A DNA stretch of 11,532 nucleotides from Candidatus Bilamarchaeaceae archaeon. Its GTDB lineage: Archaea > Micrarchaeota > Micrarchaeia > Anstonellales > Bilamarchaeaceae. The stretch lies in the NCBI GenBank assembly GCA_038851325.1, contig JAWCKZ010000018.1, positions 1-11,532 on the forward strand. The letters are read 5' to 3'. Each line of letters opens with the position of its first letter. Position 1 is the stretch's first letter. Of this stretch, positions 7,472 to 11,532 are shown one piece after another. The translations under genes were made by a program, and so were the position numbers. The notes below the pieces were generated by a model. That model did no database searches and was not told the DNA's origin. It was given only the letters and a program-made list of their open reading frames with translations.

Positions 7472-9049
7472 TCAGCCACCTGCGTTTCCAAAATACTTTT
7501 TTATCGTGCTAGCATTTAAACCTTTCTCCTTCGCCATGAGGGTTTTTGCACGCGCAAGCGCCTCTGCTTTTGACCGGTGCTTTCTTTCATAATCCTTGTA
7601 ATAATCTGGGTCATGCGAGTGAAGGTAGTAAAGGAGAGTCCCTTCGTCCGTGCTCTCTATCTCCGCTATAACGTCGTCAACCTTTTCCTCCTCTATCTCC
7701 ATCGGAGTCTTTTCCTCTTCTGCTTTTCTGAAAACTTCCCTACCGGCGCTTCTTATAATTGCATCAGTCTCTTTTTTCAGTATGTCCCCAACCACGTCGA
7801 ATTCCGCGTTATACTCGGCTATTTCTTTCTTTCTCTTGTTTATTCTCTTGAGCGTTTCCTTTTCTTTCTCGCTTACATTCCTCTCGATGTTTGCTATTTC
7901 AGCCAGATGCTTCTTTTTCAGATAATCTCTGTATTTGGCAACCACTGAAGGGATTTGCTCGCTGAGTGAAGTAATGGAGAATACCATTGCATCGTATGCT
8001 TCCTTTTTCTCATCTGCGGTACGTGCTTCTGAAAACGTTTTTGTGAACTTTGCTCTTATCGGATTTATCTGGGCGCGGTAATTGTTTATTATGCTATCCT
8101 TACTCTGTGCTAGTTCTATCTTCTGCGTTGATGTTAGTGTTTCCAGCAACTGCGCATGGGCAATCGTCTCAACCTTTGCCTTTCCTTTTGCTGCTGCAGC
8201 TGCCTCTCTAACAGCACCACTCTTTCGACTTGCAAGAATATTCTTCAACACTGTTATCTGTAGTTTTATCTTTTCTCTTGCACTGGTGCTCTTTTCCTTA
8301 AATAGCTCTTTTGTGAGTTCGAGCATCTTTTTCTTTATTGTTGCATCATCTGCTTTCTCCCCGATTGTGTCAAGAACCTCTTTCTCTATTTGTCTATACT
8401 TATCCTCAGCGGCTTTGTCAGGGCTTTCAAGTATGCTCGGCATGGCCATACGTGCTTCTTCAACAACAGGTCTCTCTTTTTCCTCCGATGGCGGTTTTTC
8501 TGGCACCGCTTTTTCCTCAGGCATTATCTCTTTCTCTATTTCTGCGGGCTTCTCTATCTCCAACTCTGGCGGGGCTGGTTTTCGCTCTCCAACTACTTCT
8601 ATTTTCTCAGCAGGTTTCTCTCTTTCTATTTCTATCTCAAGAAGCCTTTCTTCCTCTTTTACCTTTTCCTCCTTTACCTCTGGCGGTGGTGCTGCTGCCT
8701 TTAGTTTTTCCGCTTCCGCGATCGCTTCCTGAGTTATCTGCTTCAATCTTTCCTCAACTTCCTTTGTCTCAATTTTTTTGGCAATTTCAAGCGGCGCCGC
8801 CGGAGTGACAACTCGTGCCGGCGGTAGCTGAACACCGATCCTCTTAGCGAGCATCTCAGACGCTTTTATTATTTTCTCATGCCTTTCGTAGAGATTAAGC
8901 AGGTCTGTATATTCAAGCTCTACGTAGTCAGCAGGGTGAAGGTCCATCTTTGTGTCTATTACTATCTCTCCAGTGTAGGGCGTGTGCTTAAGTGCCTTAC
9001 TCTTTATCCTTTTTGCTTCCTCCACAATCGTTTCAAACTCATCTACCAT
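7472..9049 (-). CDS. Large soluble Glu/Lys-rich, probably coiled-coil hypothetical protein within the pilus operon
   Basis: 525-aa ORF tightly packed between the ATPase (26-bp gap) and T2SSF gene (3-bp gap). No signal peptide or TM segment. It has a Pro/Glu-rich linker and a helical C-terminal part. Confidence 0.8.
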   Translation of the reverse strand: MVDEFETIVEEAKRIKSKALKHTPYTGEIVIDTKMDLHPADYVELEYTDLLNLYERHEKIIKASEMLAKRIGVQLPPARVVTPAAPLEIAKKIETKEVEERLKQITQEAIAEAEKLKAAAPPPEVKEEKVKEEERLLEIEIEREKPAEKIEVVGERKPAPPELEIEKPAEIEKEIMPEEKAVPEKPPSEEKERPVVEEARMAMPSILESPDKAAEDKYRQIEKEVLDTIGEKADDATIKKKMLELTKELFKEKSTSAREKIKLQITVLKNILASRKSGAVREAAAAAKGKAKVETIAHAQLLETLTSTQKIELAQSKDSIINNYRAQINPIRAKFTKTFSEARTADEKKEAYDAMVFSITSLSEQIPSVVAKYRDYLKKKHLAEIANIERNVSEKEKETLKRINKRKKEIAEYNAEFDVVGDILKKETDAIIRSAGREVFRKAEEEKTPMEIEEEKVDDVIAEIESTDEGTLLYYLHSHDPDYYKDYERKHRSKAEALARAKTLMAKEKGLNASTIKKYFGNAGG

Positions 9050-9075
9050 CGTTCATCATCTGTTGCAGTGCAGCA

Positions 9076-10680
9076 TCACACGGTAGCCGTGAATTTCCAA
9101 TCCTCCTTTTTGTTTACCGCGTCAAGCACCTCGTCAGGGTTTAAGTAGTAGTTTGATACTATCTCTCCTACCTGGTCGACATCATAATATTCTTTCTTTA
9201 CCATCCAGTCAAGTACTGCTGTCTTCTCCTCTATGTCCTCTTCTATCTCTCTCTCGTCCATTCCTGCATACAGGAAAAGCAACTCGCTAAGTCGCTCCAT
9301 TTTCGCAACTCCTTTTATTCTGTCCGCCTTAACATCCCATCTGTATATCGTAGTAGCTGTTCCCTTGCTTACTTCAGAGAATTCAAGCACGCGTCTTATA
9401 TTGAATCTTCTGTGCCGGAATGTTACAACAATACCTGCGAGCGCATCAAGCATTTCTTTTGGAACATTTATAGGTGGATTTGTGAGCCTTGATATCGTCT
9501 GTTCTGTATTATCAGCATGCAACGTTGCATAAACACTGTGGCCGGTGTGCATAGCCTCGAACATAACCTCTGCTTCTCTCTGTCTTCTAATCTCGCCAAC
9601 GAGTATTCTATCCGGTCTTTGCCTTAGTGCATTCACCATGAGGTCCAGCATAGTGACCTCACCTTTTCCTTCTGGATTTGGTTCGCGAACCACCATCGGT
9701 ACCCAGTGAAGGAATTTTGGTAGGGTTAGTTCTCTTGTATCCTCTATGCTTATTATCCTCTGATTCGCAGGAATAAGGCCTGCCATGGCGTTAAGGAAAG
9801 ACGTCTTTCCACTTCCTGTTCCACCAGTGACGAGAAGAGAGAGTTCATTCTGAATACATAACCAGATAAGTGCTGCTACTTCGGGAGAAATAGTCTTGGC
9901 TCTTATGAAGTTTGTTATCGTCCAGGGATTTTTTGCGAACTTTCTTATCGTGAGCGTGTTCCCCATGCTCGATATAGGGAAGAGAGTAGCGTTAACACGA
10001 TCTCCAGATGGCAAGTGAGCATCCAACATAGGATTAAGGATATTTATCTGTCTCCCTATTTTTCTCGCTATCATGGACGCGTAATCATACGTTGCTTCCT
10101 CGTCTCTCACTTTGATGTTTGTCTTACACCACCCAAACCTTTTGTGGTAAACCCACACAGGCTCTTGCGAATTGTTTATCACTACCTCTTCCAGTTGTTC
10201 ATCAGAAAGTATGCACTCTATCTCACCGAGACCAAGTGTATTCTGGAGAAGGTAGACGGCAAGTATATCGCTCTTTTCTTTTGGGAGCGATGGAAAGTTT
10301 CGCGCAAGTATTCTGTTAGCAGCTGCTAAGAACTTCGCTTTTACTTCGTCATATCTCTTAGGATCTAGTATCTCGCTTATGTCAAGCTTTACCTCAGAGA
10401 CTAACTCCCCTTTTAGTTTGGTTTCAAGAATGAGTTTTGTTCCTCCGGCAATTCCCGGGATGGTTGCTTCGTACTGCGGCACGAATCCGCCCTTTCGCAT
10501 AATTTTTACTTCAACAGGAAGCCCCTCGCTCTTGAACGAGTAGGCAGCCAAGAGCACGATCTGCGATCGCGATATCTTTTTTTCATATTCTTTAAGTTCT
10601 CCGCTGCTCTCTTGTTCTTTTCCTTCGGACTCTTTACTCAATCTTTCTTTAATCCGTTCACCTATACTTCCGCCTGCCAT
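9076..10680 (-). CDS. Type II/IV secretion system ATPase (CpaF/TadA/VirB11 family), pilus assembly ATPase
   Basis: Walker A GGTGSGKT (about 9802-9825), Asp box SIEDTREL, Walker B RPDRILVGEIR and His box AMHTGHSVYATLHA. Confidence 0.95.
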   Translation of the reverse strand: MAGGSIGERIKERLSKESEGKEQESSGELKEYEKKISRSQIVLLAAYSFKSEGLPVEVKIMRKGGFVPQYEATIPGIAGGTKLILETKLKGELVSEVKLDISEILDPKRYDEVKAKFLAAANRILARNFPSLPKEKSDILAVYLLQNTLGLGEIECILSDEQLEEVVINNSQEPVWVYHKRFGWCKTNIKVRDEEATYDYASMIARKIGRQINILNPMLDAHLPSGDRVNATLFPISSMGNTLTIRKFAKNPWTITNFIRAKTISPEVAALIWLCIQNELSLLVTGGTGSGKTSFLNAMAGLIPANQRIISIEDTRELTLPKFLHWVPMVVREPNPEGKGEVTMLDLMVNALRQRPDRILVGEIRRQREAEVMFEAMHTGHSVYATLHADNTEQTISRLTNPPINVPKEMLDALAGIVVTFRHRRFNIRRVLEFSEVSKGTATTIYRWDVKADRIKGVAKMERLSELLFLYAGMDEREIEEDIEEKTAVLDWMVKKEYYDVDQVGEIVSNYYLNPDEVLDAVNKKEDWKFTATV

Positions 10681-10685
10681 TAGGA

Positions 10686-10737
10686 ATCACCTGACAGAGT
10701 ATAGAAGCATTTACAACTGCGAGGTTTTTAATTCTTA
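10686..10737 (-). promoter_or_regulatory. Putative promoter (TATA-like AATTAAAAA at about 10725-10733) and SD AGGTGA for the pilus operon
   Basis: The minus strand reads ...TAAGAATTAAAAACC...TCAGGTGATTCCTAATG. The spacing is compatible with an archaeal promoter and a short leader. Confidence 0.5.
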
Positions 10738-10803
10738 CAGCTCCCATGAGCATATTGCGAATTTTTGATAATAGCTGTTGCAACCCCACTGCGTGAACAA
10801 AGC

Positions 10804-10846
10804 AAACGTCTTAGATGAAGAAAACGTCTTAGATGAAGAAAAACGT
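10804..10846. repeat. 18-bp tandem direct repeat AAACGTCTTAGATGAAGA x2 plus partial third copy
   Basis: Exact copies at 10804-10821 and 10822-10839, then AAACGT at 10841-10846. Confidence 0.9.
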
Positions 10847-10858
10847 ACGTATCTTAGT

Positions 10859-11532
10859 TCATGCCTTATGAGAGATAAATGCAATCTTCGAACACTTCTT
10901 TGAATACTTCTTCTTTATCGCCCTTTCACTCATTTTCAGGATGTTCGGTTCCGCCCGCACAAACTCCCTTGCCTTTTCTATAAGCTTCTTCTTTTCCTCT
11001 TTATTTAAATCTGAATCATAGCCGTATTTCTCCCTGAGCAGAACCGCAATCTTCTTTCTTTTCGTGGGGACTGTTGTTCCGCAGGCAAAAGGTATTTCTT
11101 TGTAATCAATTCCAAGTTGATAAAGGAATTGCACTGAAGCCTCAATCGTATTCTGCGAACGCCCAAGCAGTTGAGCATTTTCCATTATTTCATCCTTTGA
11201 GAAATATCTTCTCAGAAATTCGTATTTTCTTTGAATTGTTTCTGGATTCATAGCAAGAAGTTGCGCCAGAGTTGCTATCTTTTCATCTGTCAGCCCAAGA
11301 GATCTGAGGAATTCATGGTTTCTTTGAATTGTTTCTGGATTCATAGCAAGAAGTTGCGCCAGAGTTGCTATCTTTTCATCTGTCAGCCCAAGAGATCTGA
11401 GGAATTCATGGTTTCTTTGAATTGTTTCTGGATTCATAGCAAGAAGTTGCGCCTGAGATGCTATCTTTTTGTTTGTCAGCCCAAGAGATCTGAGGAATTC
11501 ATGGTTTCTTTGAATTGTTTCTGGATCTCTGG
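10859..11532 (-). CDS. Tandem helical-repeat protein with mTERF-like 31-aa repeats, 5'-truncated
   Basis: The frame stays open past 11437 to the window end (RDPETIQRNHEFLRSLGLTNKKIASQAQLLA|MNPET...). The repeat pattern I..x.EFL.SLGL....I.....LL resembles mTERF motifs, as does the C-terminal FVRAEPNILKMSERAIKKK. The C-terminus is basic. Stop TGA at 10859-10861. Confidence 0.7.
   Translation of the reverse strand, partial: RDPETIQRNHEFLRSLGLTNKKIASQAQLLAMNPETIQRNHEFLRSLGLTDEKIATLAQLLAMNPETIQRNHEFLRSLGLTDEKIATLAQLLAMNPETIQRKYEFLRRYFSKDEIMENAQLLGRSQNTIEASVQFLYQLGIDYKEIPFACGTTVPTKRKKIAVLLREKYGYDSDLNKEEKKKLIEKAREFVRAEPNILKMSERAIKKKYSKKCSKIAFISHKA
11226..11532. repeat. 93-bp coding tandem repeat, at least 3.3 units, running off the window end
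   Basis: Units start at 11226, 11319, 11412 and 11505. The first two are identical, the third differs at 5 nt, and the partial fourth diverges after 11526. Confidence 0.95.

Noticed and set aside
7577..9148. Plus-strand ORFs (e.g. 8082-8732, 8338-8808, 8390-8704)
   Set aside because: Their Ser/Phe/Leu-rich composition is the expected antisense mirror of the Glu/Lys-rich minus-strand gene.
4976..10680. Archaellum (arl/fla) operon
   Set aside because: No recognisable ArlH, ArlF/G or archaellin. Two separate T2SSF genes and a QAAMEYL-type pilin fit a type IV pilus instead.
10804..10846. 18-bp repeats as a mini-CRISPR or transposon end
   Set aside because: The copies are directly adjacent without spacers and too short. 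No cas or transposase gene is in the window.
11226..11532. 93-bp repeats as a CRISPR array
   Set aside because: There are no unique spacers, and the unit is a multiple of 3 that encodes an uninterrupted protein repeat.
10859..11532. Diversity-generating retroelement template/variable repeat pair
   Set aside because: The repeats are in-frame and tandem, the differences are not confined to adenines, and no reverse transcriptase is visible in the window.

Overview
Archaeal DNA, probably a DPANN lineage such as Micrarchaeota. This is inferred from GGTGA-type Shine-Dalgarno sites, a class III signal peptide pilin and the compact gene packing. The window has three blocks. (1) 1-4380 is a cell-surface cluster: a 5'-truncated membrane-anchored multidomain protein with Cys-rich repeats, a convergent secreted/TM-anchored protein with three CWB2-like repeats, and a divergent 222-aa secreted protein that appears to be a stand-alone paralog of the first protein's N-terminal domain. 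(2) 4571-10680 (minus strand) is a type IV pilus operon: assembly ATPase, a large charged unknown protein, two T2SSF/TadBC platform proteins and a pilin, followed by a DUF126/AcnX small subunit. (3) 10859->11532 (minus strand, start outside the window) encodes a tandem-repeat protein with near-identical 93-bp/31-aa units that resemble mTERF repeats and vary at a few fixed residues. It is followed by an 18-bp tandem direct repeat just upstream of the pilus operon. The mTERF-like repeat protein and the paralogous secreted domain pair are the most interesting signals. All family assignments come from motif recognition, not database searches.
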